A DNA stretch of 21,866 nucleotides from an uncultured virus (IMG/VR IMGVR_UViG_3300008113_000157) (taxonomy: Duplodnaviria; Heunggongvirae; Uroviricota; Caudoviricetes), in IMG/VR virus record IMGVR_UViG_3300008113_000157; one strand, written 5' to 3'. Position 1 is the stretch's first letter. Each line of letters opens with the position of its first letter. Below are positions 7,988 through 16,174 of this stretch, piece after piece. The position numbers and the translations under genes are program-made. The notes beneath the pieces were generated by a model. The model saw nothing but the letters and a program-made list of their open reading frames with translations, was not told the DNA's origin and did not search any database.

Positions 7988-8094
7988 CATAGCTTCCTTC
8001 TCACCCAACTTGTTGCTAAGCACTACGTCTGTAACGTGAAGGAGCTTTCGACTATTGGCTCCAGAGCGATATTGCTCTGTATGTCAGGATACCA

Positions 8095-8259
8095 TCATTT
8101 CTTCTTCTTTGCGGCTGCTTCCTTCTTCTTGGCAATCATCTCTTTAAACTTGTCGCGTGCAGCAGCTTGCTTGTCGGTACCACCTGCTTTGCCCTTGGGA
8201 GGTACGGCTTTACCCTTGGGAGGAACAGCTTTGCCTTTAGGCGGAACTGCTTTAGCCAT
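8095..8259 (-). CDS. 54-aa Lys/Ala/Pro-rich basic protein with 3x KAVPPKG repeat (histone-H1-like composition)
   Basis: Manual translation MAKAVPPKGKAVPPKGKAVPPKGKAGGTDKQAAARDKFKEMIAKKKEAAAKKKK*. The 21-bp repeats differ only at synonymous positions in this frame, and there is a TATAAT upstream. Absent from the ORF track. Confidence 0.8.
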   Translation of the reverse strand: MAKAVPPKGKAVPPKGKAVPPKGKAGGTDKQAAARDKFKEMIAKKKEAAAKKKK

Positions 8260-8289
8260 GATCGTTAAGTATCTTTATTGATTATAAAG

Positions 8290-8429
8290 TTACTTACCTT
8301 GTTTATAACGACGGGCGGCACGTCCGGCTTTTTTTCAGTCTCCGCACGTTCTTCTTTAGACAGTGATGCCCACGCTTTCTCTGGGAGGTAACGCTTGGTG
8401 TAACCTTTTTGAATTGCTTTGTCTGTCAT
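8290..8429 (-). pseudogene. frameshifted small basic protein (RYLPEKAW motif; C-terminal half of DUF5872-like family)
   Basis: ATG at 8429 overlaps the previous stop (ATGA). MTDKAIQKGYTKRYLPEKAWASLSKEERAETE is followed by a frame break at the A7 run (8329-8335); the -1 frame gives KKAGRAARRYKQGK*. Confidence 0.6.
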
Positions 8430-8656
8430 GTTAAGGCAGCAGGTTTAAACTGAAGTGCATTCATAATTATTTCTTTTGTTCTTTGAGAATAATTACTATT
8501 TATAAGCTCAGTTAATTTAAAAGGATATTGATATCTTAATGCCGCTTCTCTTACCTCAGGATTATTGGCGCTTTGTTTTGCAATCTCCTGCATAAAAGTT
8601 TGATTAGGAAAAGCGTCAGGCGTATAACCTGTTGAATACTTACCAGCTAGGTTCAT
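8426..8656 (-). CDS. hypothetical protein (A/T-rich)
   Basis: 76-aa ORF with ATGA overlaps at both ends. Confidence 0.65.
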   Translation of the reverse strand: MNLAGKYSTGYTPDAFPNQTFMQEIAKQSANNPEVREAALRYQYPFKLTELINSNYSQRTKEIIMNALQFKPAALT

Positions 8657-8894
8657 TGTTTATTCTCTTTGTACTTCTTGGCAGCAGACTTAGCTTTACT
8701 ACGTTTTTCATACTCGTCTTTGGTCTGCCATTTTTCTTCGCCCCACTTCTCCAAGGACTTTTGTTTCTCGCCTTTGCCACCTTTATATCCACCACCAGCT
8801 TCTTTGTAGGCTTGCCACCTTTAGATCCTGCCATCACGCGATCTTTAATACGTTCGCGTAACTCAGGCTTAGTGTATTTATTCTCCTGAGACAT
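8653..8894 (-). pseudogene. frameshifted DUF5872-like basic protein
   Basis: N-terminus YTKPELRERIKDRVMAGSKGGKP. A second frame from 8808 reads YKEAGGGYKGGKGEKQKSLEKWGEEKWQTKDEYEKRSKAKSAAKKYKENKQ*, and its stop overlaps the next ATG. Confidence 0.65.
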
Positions 8895-9051
8895 CAGGAT
8901 TCGTAACTCTTTCTTCTAATATTTTAGCCCACTTACATGGACGTATTATTGCTTCTTCTATTTCCTTACTTTTGATGTAAGGAAATTCTTTCGTTAATCT
9001 TGCAAAGTATTTTTCGAGGCGTTCAGCCTCGGAAGGGATGTGGCACTTCAT
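8878..9051 (-). CDS. hypothetical protein
   Basis: 57 aa from ATG 9051 (MKCHIPSEAERLEKYF...), within the - strand gene run. Confidence 0.5.
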   Translation of the reverse strand: MKCHIPSEAERLEKYFARLTKEFPYIKSKEIEEAIIRPCKWAKILEERVTNPDVSGE

Positions 9052-9232
9052 GATTGGTATCAAACTTCTCAATGATCATGTCAATTTTTTCCAGTGAATC
9101 AAGACGACACATCAACTCCGTAATTGCATTGATAGTAACGGGGTGCTCAGTGCGTGCTGCAAAAGCAAGTGCATCGCGCAGATGGCGACTTGCTTCATCC
9201 AAGGATCCTTTAACTTGATTAGAAAGAGCCAT
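9023..9232 (-). CDS. small helical cyanophage-type hypothetical protein
   Basis: MALSNQVKGSLDEASRHLRDALAFAARTEHP; ATG at 9232 is more plausible than the track start at 9292. Confidence 0.7.
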   Translation of the reverse strand: MALSNQVKGSLDEASRHLRDALAFAARTEHPVTINAITELMCRLDSLEKIDMIIEKFDTNHEVPHPFRG

Positions 9233-9257
9233 TACTTTGCTAGGTAGTACAACTAGA

Positions 9258-9845
9258 TTAACACCAAATCCAACCAATCTGATAGGAGTCAAAGTACGGT
9301 TCTACCCCCAAGGATTCCATCAGCTCATACACAAGGCGTCCCTTGCCATGGCGGCGACCGTCAGGTGCTTTAATGTTGTCGTCCACCACAATCAAGGTGC
9401 TAGGCCCCAAGAGGCCAGACGCTGCAAACAATTCTTTTAGATGATGAGAAGCAGGCGCCCAATCATGATTCCAATCTGTGATGTTGTACGAATCCAAGTA
9501 CAAGAGAGATACATGGCCGTGCATCGTATCAAGAGCTTCGACAGAATCTGATTCAATAACTTCTGCATGCTTGGTAGATGTACGTGCTAGCTCACAAGCC
9601 TTTGGGTCAATGTCAATTGAAATCAGTTGACCTTTCCCACGGATGTCGATGTAGTTATCAAACAACAAAGTTGAGCAGCCATCTCCTGTGTAGTTGTTTT
9701 CCTCTCGGTACGTACCAGTCTCAACAATGATTGGCTCGTCACACGAGTCAAGGTGTGCAAAAATTTTTTCAAAGGTTTCTTTGCGAGCGCCTAGCTGTGC
9801 CTTAAGAGGAGCAAAATAAATATCCCAGGTACGCTTCTTGGTCAC
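9258..9845 (-). CDS. class I SAM-dependent methyltransferase (Methyltransf_24-like)
   Basis: Motif I IVETGT, SIDID, SDSVEAL, LLYLDS and IVVDD. Confidence 0.8.
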   Translation of the reverse strand: MTKKRTWDIYFAPLKAQLGARKETFEKIFAHLDSCDEPIIVETGTYREENNYTGDGCSTLLFDNYIDIRGKGQLISIDIDPKACELARTSTKHAEVIESDSVEALDTMHGHVSLLYLDSYNITDWNHDWAPASHHLKELFAASGLLGPSTLIVVDDNIKAPDGRRHGKGRLVYELMESLGVEPYFDSYQIGWIWC

Positions 9846-10114
9846 AGGTCTACGCGTGTGTATGGTACGTCCTGTGATTGTAGCTCCCTTTCGTACTCGT
9901 CAGCCTCAACGGTCTCCACGTCCTTGTATGCCAGGTTGACAAAACAACCAGTGCGGCACTCTTCGTCGAAGTCAAAATAGAACCGAGTTAAATTTGCAGT
10001 CATTTTCCAAAAACAAAACTTAGTTAAGAATTGCAACAACCATTTCCAAATTGCTGGCACAAGCCAGCCAAAACAAGAGTAGTACCCCTGAACACCAAGT
10101 AAAAACTTGTTCAT
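9842..10114 (-). CDS. hypothetical protein
   Basis: 90-aa ORF with ATGA overlaps at both ends; alternative internal ATG at 10003. Confidence 0.55.
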   Translation of the reverse strand: MNKFLLGVQGYYSCFGWLVPAIWKWLLQFLTKFCFWKMTANLTRFYFDFDEECRTGCFVNLAYKDVETVEADEYERELQSQDVPYTRVDL

Positions 10115-10215
10115 TGGCGGGATGCGACCTCCATGAAAAACAGGTAAGCATCCATGCTAATAACTACAAACATAGCCCCAAGGATTGAAGCAATCGCGTA
10201 GTTGAATCCGTCCAT
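10111..10215 (-). CDS. 34-aa single-TM membrane peptide
   Basis: Manual translation MDGFNYAIASILGAMFVVISMDAYLFFMEVASRQ*; the stop overlaps the ATG of the next gene. Confidence 0.5.
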   Translation of the reverse strand: MDGFNYAIASILGAMFVVISMDAYLFFMEVASRQ

Positions 10216-10266
10216 GGCAGTAGGTTCCTTCATCTGTTAGACTAATAGTAATACACAAAACCATCA

Positions 10267-11121
10267 ATGGTTGCTAGACTAAATACGTCAGACCCTTGGA
10301 TTAAAGCCAAGGACGAGCAACCAGAAGTCATGCGGTCGTTGAATAGGACCGCAGCCAGAATTTCTCTTAACGGTCGACGTCACTATACAACGCCGTTACC
10401 CACTGGTCCTGCGCCTTCCGTAACCACTATCATTGGCGAGACCGCTTCCGAAGCAAACAAGCGGAAGCTTGAAATGTGGTCGAAAGCAAATCCCGGTGTC
10501 AAGGAAGCTGCCGCCGAACGAGGAACCGCAATTCACTATGGCATGGAACAATACCTCAAGGGGAATAAAACTCCGGATATTCCTGAAGAGTATTCCGATT
10601 TTTGGTCGGGAATGCCATCGATATTGGACCAGTTCCAGGAGGTCCTTTGGGCGGAATCGCCGGTACTTGACAAGTTTAATTTTACTATTGGGTCTGATGA
10701 CGTGGCTCGTGTGTGGGGTTGCGATGATGAGGGACGTGCCTGGGCTGGTGCTCCTGACATCATTGCTGTGGCTAACGGTAAGCTTACTCTTGCTGACCTA
10801 AAGACCAGTGTCAAACCCTATAGCCGCAAGTGGCCTAAAGATTTGGAAAAAGGGTCCCAAGAATGGAGAGACCTGCTTGGTGGTCATATGAAATTTAAAA
10901 AGACTTGTAAGCAGCTCGCTGCCTACGACATAGCTATTGAGCAGACTCTTGGTATGACCGTCCAACAAGCGGCAATCTTGGTATCAACGCCTGTACGTAC
11001 ACAAGTCTTTAAGATCTCTCGGAATTTTCTTAACATGCTTCGAGAAGATTGGTACAAAATTGTAGATGAGTACTACAAACAAATTGAAAACTGTAATGTA
11101 TATGACGCAGATTTAATTTAA
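10267..11121 (+). CDS. PD-(D/E)XK exonuclease
   Basis: PSVTTII, ERGTAIH, AGAPD, ADLKTS and QLAAY motifs. Confidence 0.85.
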   Translation: MVARLNTSDPWIKAKDEQPEVMRSLNRTAARISLNGRRHYTTPLPTGPAPSVTTIIGETASEANKRKLEMWSKANPGVKEAAAERGTAIHYGMEQYLKGNKTPDIPEEYSDFWSGMPSILDQFQEVLWAESPVLDKFNFTIGSDDVARVWGCDDEGRAWAGAPDIIAVANGKLTLADLKTSVKPYSRKWPKDLEKGSQEWRDLLGGHMKFKKTCKQLAAYDIAIEQTLGMTVQQAAILVSTPVRTQVFKISRNFLNMLREDWYKIVDEYYKQIENCNVYDADLI

Positions 11122-11157
11122 ATCTATGCAAAGGGAGGCAAGCGCCTTACTAGAATA

Positions 11158-11340
11158 ATGGCCTACAACCCCCAAGAGAAGATGGAGTGTCGGAAACGGT
11201 TGGCATGGACGATTGCTTGCGAGCGGGCCGTTGTTACAAAAGAAGATGCTGTAACGATTTACAACAGACTCATGGATGAATTTAATGGGATGGATAAGAG
11301 AAATAAATATAAACAGAGTGAGTCCAATAAGTCTCAGTGA
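11158..11340 (+). CDS. hypothetical protein
   Basis: 60-aa ORF between the nuclease and the primase, same strand. Confidence 0.55.
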   Translation: MAYNPQEKMECRKRLAWTIACERAVVTKEDAVTIYNRLMDEFNGMDKRNKYKQSESNKSQ

Positions 11341-11406
11341 TTTAACGATATCTTAGGAGACGTCCTGGGTTGGTGGCCGTAGGATGAAAAGACAAGCCAA
11401 AAACAC

Positions 11407-11592
11407 ATGAGCACCCACGTCATCGGCGTGGGCGAATGGATGCATACCCTTGTTAGCCGCATGGCCAATGCGGCGGATGGGGATTTGTTTTGTCTTCCAA
11501 CGCCTATGCATTTACATGCTTACAACTTGGTAAAAGACGATCAATATCCCGATCGCAGCTTTAGAATCTCTCTTACCTACCCAACGAAATGA
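11407..11592 (+). CDS. hypothetical protein
   Basis: 61-aa ORF whose stop overlaps the primase ATG (ATGA). Confidence 0.6.
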   Translation: MSTHVIGVGEWMHTLVSRMANAADGDLFCLPTPMHLHAYNLVKDDQYPDRSFRISLTYPTK

Positions 11593-14222
11593 CGCCGAGT
11601 ATGAACCAGCAGGCAGTAAAACCGGGCGAAATTCGGCTCGATCTCATTCCCATTGACTGGCCCTTGACCCCACTGGGTCCCAACAAAGATCCTTACGTCA
11701 TGGGATGGCAGAACAAACCGTTTACTAAAGAAGAAATTGAAAATGAAATTATCAACGGAGAATGTAAAGCTATCGGATTACTTGGTGGTCCTGCCTACAA
11801 CCATCCTTATGGTCTCGTTTGGGTTGATGTTGACGGACCATCCGTCTATGAACTCATCGAACAGATTTCCAACCTCCCAATACTCGATGCATTGCCGCCC
11901 ACCCTTACCATCCTCAGTGGCAAAGCAGGCCGAGAGCGTCGCCTCTACAAAGTAAGTAAAGAAAAACAAAAGCATTTCATTCGTAACAAATACACATGGA
12001 CCTCGCAGGGGTCCATGGAAAAACTTGAGATCTTGTGGAAGCGGCACCAAGGCGTATTGATGGGTGCGCATCCAGATACGCAAGGTTATTTCACTGCCGA
12101 AGGTTTGGGATTTGAATGGGCAGACAAATTACCTGAACTTCCGGATTGGGTATTGAATGGCATCATTACCAGGAATGCAAAGCAAGGGCGTCCTGCTGAA
12201 GAAGTCTCACGCATCATCGGTAACTCGTTCGCAATCACCAGTCGCATTGGATTGGAACGGGATATGCAATTGGCAGTTGCTGCGATGTGGGCACTCCCCA
12301 TTGAGGCAGTCGATGACTATGACATTTGGATTGCGATCGGACAGTCGCTCCATGAGTTGGATGAATCCCTGCTTGATCAATGGGATGAATGGTCCAAACA
12401 AAGTGACAAATACAAAGAGAACGAATGCCATAAGCGTTGGTTATCCTTTACAAAAGGTGGTGGCCGGGGCATTGGTACGCTTTACCATCTGGCTGAGCAG
12501 AATGGATGGAAGCGTCCGCAGGAAGACAAGGTTTCTTCCCCTGACGATGCTACGATCAATCTGGCGGCAAGCATTCTTCCCGAAATCGAAAGAAATGTGG
12601 AAGAAGAAATGAATCGCCTTCTCAACACTGCAACTCCAACCGACACAACTCTAATGAACACCGAAGATTATGGCGATGATGTACAACCTAAAAGCGCCAA
12701 GAAGAATAAAGAGAAGGAACTCAGGCAACCTAAGAATGAAGTTGCGGACAAACTACTTGGAATCTATGCAAACAATCTGCTCTTTAGTCTCCCGCACAAT
12801 CAATTCTTTATGTATGACCCTAGCCAAGGTCTGTGGAGCAAAGTAAGCAAGATTGAAATGCTTGGTGATATCCGTTCCAAGCTACAAGCTCTTATTACTA
12901 GTGGTTGGTTACGCGAAGGGTTTAGCTTTCAAATGCTTGATGATATGTTCAAGCAACTGCAAGCAATGGTCCCGTGTGATAAATGGCACGAGGCAACAGA
13001 TGTTCTGCTATTCACCAACGGTGTACTTGACGTCACAACAAAGGAACTGCGGCCATTTGACCGTAATTTGCATATGACGCAACAGATGCCATATGCCTAT
13101 AACCCTCAAGCAACCTGCGAACCAATCATTGATTGGCTTCGTTACACGCAGCATGGTTCTGAAAAACGTACGCAAGTTCTTCGTGCATGGCTACGGGCAA
13201 CTCTTCTTGGTCGCCACGAGCTTCAAAAGTTTCTTGAGTTGGTTGGTCCTGGTAAATCTGGTAAATCCACTTATGCAAACCTATGTGTTGCACTGGTAGG
13301 TAAACGTAACGTCTGCTCCACAGAGCTAGAACAGATTGAGAAGAACCGATTTGAAACTGCAAGTTTCATGGGTAAGAAAATCATTCTGTTCCAAGACTCT
13401 GACCGTTATGGTGGCAGTGTTTCAAAACTAAAAGCCATTACTGGTGGTGACTGGATTCGTTCTGAGTTCAAATACCAAGCAGATCAACTGGAGCCTTTCC
13501 AGTTCCAGGGTGTTGTCATCATTACTGCTAACGAAGCAATTCAGTCCACCGACTACACCTCAGGTCTTGCCCGTCGCCGCCTTACTATTCCGTTCGACCG
13601 TCCTTTTACTGGTGGGCAAGAGCAACAACGTACCTTAATGGGTTTCGATAGTAAGGGTACTCCTGAAGGAGATTTTGCACCTTTGCTTCCAGGGCTTGTC
13701 AACTGGATCCTGGCTATGTCTGAGTCGGAAATGCGTGACTACTTGATGGAGACATCAAAGCACGTTGATTTCTTCCAGGCTTATGAGAAGGATCAAGCCA
13801 TTCGTTCCAATCCGATTTTGGATTGGCTGGATAAACGCGTTATCTTTGTGCCAGGGGCGGAAGTTGCTATGGGTATGTGTAAACCTTCACCAGGGGGTGT
13901 CAATTACTATGTCGACTGGACCACGCAGGTGTATCCGTCTTACGCAGAGCATTGTCGTAGTGCCAATGTTGGTGTATCGGGGCGTTCTCGCTTTGAGGTC
14001 CTACTTATGGACATCTGTAAAAACCAACTGAAACTAAATGTCTACGCAACCAAAAAAACCAATGGGTTGGTAATTCACAACATCTTGATACGTGATGGTG
14101 TCAGGGATGACTACAAGTGTTACCCCTCCATCCTGGAAGTAGCTGCAGACCCCGCCAAATACAAAGAAATGTACGGTGTTAACCCTGCGATAATGGAGGA
14201 ATACATTGCGACAAACCATTGA
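11589..14222 (+). CDS. primase-helicase: Prim-Pol + PriCT-2 + D5/P4-family SF3 helicase
   Basis: N-terminal VDVDG and HPDT Prim-Pol motifs; YDIWIAIGQSL...WDEWS PriCT-2; FTNGVLD D5_N; Walker A GPGKSGKS; KAITGGD; TANE sensor; RRL arginine finger. Confidence 0.9.
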   Translation: MTPSMNQQAVKPGEIRLDLIPIDWPLTPLGPNKDPYVMGWQNKPFTKEEIENEIINGECKAIGLLGGPAYNHPYGLVWVDVDGPSVYELIEQISNLPILDALPPTLTILSGKAGRERRLYKVSKEKQKHFIRNKYTWTSQGSMEKLEILWKRHQGVLMGAHPDTQGYFTAEGLGFEWADKLPELPDWVLNGIITRNAKQGRPAEEVSRIIGNSFAITSRIGLERDMQLAVAAMWALPIEAVDDYDIWIAIGQSLHELDESLLDQWDEWSKQSDKYKENECHKRWLSFTKGGGRGIGTLYHLAEQNGWKRPQEDKVSSPDDATINLAASILPEIERNVEEEMNRLLNTATPTDTTLMNTEDYGDDVQPKSAKKNKEKELRQPKNEVADKLLGIYANNLLFSLPHNQFFMYDPSQGLWSKVSKIEMLGDIRSKLQALITSGWLREGFSFQMLDDMFKQLQAMVPCDKWHEATDVLLFTNGVLDVTTKELRPFDRNLHMTQQMPYAYNPQATCEPIIDWLRYTQHGSEKRTQVLRAWLRATLLGRHELQKFLELVGPGKSGKSTYANLCVALVGKRNVCSTELEQIEKNRFETASFMGKKIILFQDSDRYGGSVSKLKAITGGDWIRSEFKYQADQLEPFQFQGVVIITANEAIQSTDYTSGLARRRLTIPFDRPFTGGQEQQRTLMGFDSKGTPEGDFAPLLPGLVNWILAMSESEMRDYLMETSKHVDFFQAYEKDQAIRSNPILDWLDKRVIFVPGAEVAMGMCKPSPGGVNYYVDWTTQVYPSYAEHCRSANVGVSGRSRFEVLLMDICKNQLKLNVYATKKTNGLVIHNILIRDGVRDDYKCYPSILEVAADPAKYKEMYGVNPAIMEEYIATNH

Positions 14223-14581
14223 GCAACGGTCGTCATCTGATCCTTGACCTTTATGGTTGTGATCAAAACCTTTTAGATAACTATGAGGAGCTCCAGCGTT
14301 TGCTGGAAGCTTCTCTTGTTTTGGCGGGAGCAAATATCTTACGTATCTTTGGTGAGAAATTTGAACCGCAAGGCGTTACCTTGTTGGCACTATTGTCTGA
14401 ATCCCACGCATCTATCCACACGTGGCCAGAAGTAGGGTATGCGGCAGTTGATCTATACACCTGTGGTGATACCACGCTCACACATCGGGCTGCAGAATTT
14501 TTGAAATCAAAACTCAAGGCAACAACAGCGGAAGAAAAAGAGCTTGTGCGATCAATTGAACCTCTTGATTGTGTAGAGTAA
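14219..14581 (+). CDS. speD: S-adenosylmethionine decarboxylase proenzyme (pyruvoyl-dependent)
   Basis: GRHLILDLYGC, FEPQGVT, LSESHASIHTWPE (E|S autocleavage site) and DLYTCG; TTG start overlapping the primase stop. Confidence 0.9.
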   Translation: MSNGRHLILDLYGCDQNLLDNYEELQRLLEASLVLAGANILRIFGEKFEPQGVTLLALLSESHASIHTWPEVGYAAVDLYTCGDTTLTHRAAEFLKSKLKATTAEEKELVRSIEPLDCVE

Positions 14582-14601
14582 ATCGGAATTATTCCGATCT
14601 A

Positions 14602-15864
14602 ATGACTAAGAAAGCAAAACTTTTGTGGTGTGGTGACATCGTTGCCATGACCGGCTTTGCACGTGTAACTGAAAATGTTATCTCTCGTCTGAAAGACGAC
14701 TTTGAAATTGTTGTTCTTGGTAACAACTGGTGGGGTGATCCAACGCCACTTCAGCAGGAGTACAAGATGTACCCGTCATCTAACCGTCATCAGACCGCAC
14801 CTTTTGGTGAGCAACGCATTCGTGAGATCGTTGAACGTGAACAACCCGACGTGGTATTTACGATCAATGATATGTGGATTATTAATGAGCAATACAATCA
14901 AATTAAGGATCTGCACAAGGCTGGCAAGTTTAAATTTGTTGGCTATGCACCCATGGATTCGTATGCATGGACAGGTTGCTTAGCGGATACTGCCAATGAA
15001 TGGGACGCTGTGGTCTCGTACACAGAATTTGGTGCACACGAATTTATGGCTGGTGGTATCACCAGGCCTATCTCTATTATTCCGCATGGTGTGACTCCTG
15101 GTCAGTTCTATCCAGTAGATAAGGCAGAGGCACGCCGCAAGCTGGGACTTAAAGAAGATAGCTTCATTGTTTTCAATGGTAACCGCAATCAATTCCGCAA
15201 ACGGATTGACATCACAATCAAAGCATTTGCTGCGTTTGCGGTAGATAAACCTAATGCAATGCTTTACCTGCACATGGGGCTCAAGGACCAGGGCTGGGAC
15301 ATCATGGAGGTGTTTGCACGTGAGATGACACGTGTGGGTCTTGATCCAAATGGACGCATCATTATGACGTCAAATCAACCCAGTCCTCCGAATGTATCGG
15401 TGGAAATGCTGAATGACATCTATAACGCATGTGATGTTGGTGTCAATACGTGTAAAGGTGAGGGCTGGGGTCTTGTCAACTTTGAACACGCTGCCTGTGG
15501 TGTGCCGCAGGTAGTGCCCGACCATACGTCATGCAAAGAGATCTTCGAGGGCTACGGCGAACTGATCCGTTGCGACCACATCGATGTGGATACCAACTAC
15601 GCACGTGAGATGCCATGCCCTTCCTCTGATCACCTTGCTGAGATCTTGACGTACCTGTACCAAGACAAAGGCATTCGTGAATGGGTTGGTACACGCTGCC
15701 GAGACCGTGTGCTGGATCCACAGTTCTCATGGGACACAGTTGCGTCTCAATTTGGTGGCATCTTTGAGGAGGTGTTGTCCCAAGAACCTGAACCTGTGGC
15801 AAAACCTAAAGAAAAACGGAAGGAACGAAAGGATCGTACGAAGACCCGGAAGCTTGGTAAGTGA
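14602..15864 (+). CDS. GT-B fold glycosyltransferase (GT4-like)
   Basis: TGFARV, PHGV, NRNQFRKRID and GEGWGLVNFEHAACGVPQV (E-x7-E motif); ATG at 14602. Confidence 0.88.
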   Translation: MTKKAKLLWCGDIVAMTGFARVTENVISRLKDDFEIVVLGNNWWGDPTPLQQEYKMYPSSNRHQTAPFGEQRIREIVEREQPDVVFTINDMWIINEQYNQIKDLHKAGKFKFVGYAPMDSYAWTGCLADTANEWDAVVSYTEFGAHEFMAGGITRPISIIPHGVTPGQFYPVDKAEARRKLGLKEDSFIVFNGNRNQFRKRIDITIKAFAAFAVDKPNAMLYLHMGLKDQGWDIMEVFAREMTRVGLDPNGRIIMTSNQPSPPNVSVEMLNDIYNACDVGVNTCKGEGWGLVNFEHAACGVPQVVPDHTSCKEIFEGYGELIRCDHIDVDTNYAREMPCPSSDHLAEILTYLYQDKGIREWVGTRCRDRVLDPQFSWDTVASQFGGIFEEVLSQEPEPVAKPKEKRKERKDRTKTRKLGK

Positions 15865-15962
15865 CGTTTGATGGTACGTATGTACTGTGGAGAACGTACG
15901 GAGATGGGTAAAACAATGAATACCGTCCTATTCAAGGATGAATACAGTCTTATCTAACCCTC

Positions 15963-16064
15963 TATAGGGTTTCATACGTTGTTAAAACAGTGTTGCATTT
16001 GTGGAAAAAATCATGAAGCCACACAGAGGTGCAACACTTTTTCAACACAGTATGAAACCCTATA
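15963..16064. repeat. ~100-bp imperfect inverted repeat (candidate origin / cruciform)
   Basis: Perfect 15-bp outer arms TATAGGGTTTCATAC / GTATGAAACCCTATA and inner 9-bp arms AGTGTTGCA / TGCAACACT, in non-coding DNA. Confidence 0.75.
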
Positions 16065-16079
16065 TCTAAGTAAATAAGG

Positions 16080-16111
16080 CGGTATTCACCCCTCCACAAG
16101 CCGGTATTCAC
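16080..16111 (+). repeat. two 10-bp direct repeats CGGTATTCAC, 22 bp apart
   Basis: Copies at 16080-16089 and 16102-16111. Confidence 0.65.
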
Positions 16112-16174
16112 AGTTTCTCTTGCGTACACTTCCCAACAGTGGTACAGTGTCATGGTCCCCACTACCAGGAGGTC

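Noticed and set aside
7985..8090. Possible hammerhead ribozyme (CTGA...GAAA...stem...TA on the - strand)
   Set aside because: The core reads CTGACAT rather than CUGANGA, and stem I does not pair properly.
7880..8281. 133-aa + strand ORF with ALPLGGT repeats
   Set aside because: Antisense shadow of the KAVPPKG microprotein and the structured leader; the - strand reading fits the orientation of all neighbouring genes.
8632..8889. 85-aa hydrophobic + strand ORF resembling a membrane protein
   Set aside because: The Phe/Leu richness is simply the reverse complement of Lys/Glu codons in the DUF5872-like gene.
10267..11121. Cas4 / CRISPR-associated call for the nuclease
   Set aside because: Lacks the four-Cys Fe-S cluster pattern and has no cas neighbours; an ordinary phage PD-(D/E)XK exonuclease is the simpler call.
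11737..14031. Multiple 64-151 aa ORFs nested in the primase-helicase gene
   Set aside because: Off-frame or antisense shadows with no recognisable motifs.
15962..16162. 66-aa - strand ORF over the inverted repeat
   Set aside because: Opposite to flanking genes, with no recognisable features; it lies across a palindrome better explained as a DNA/RNA structure.
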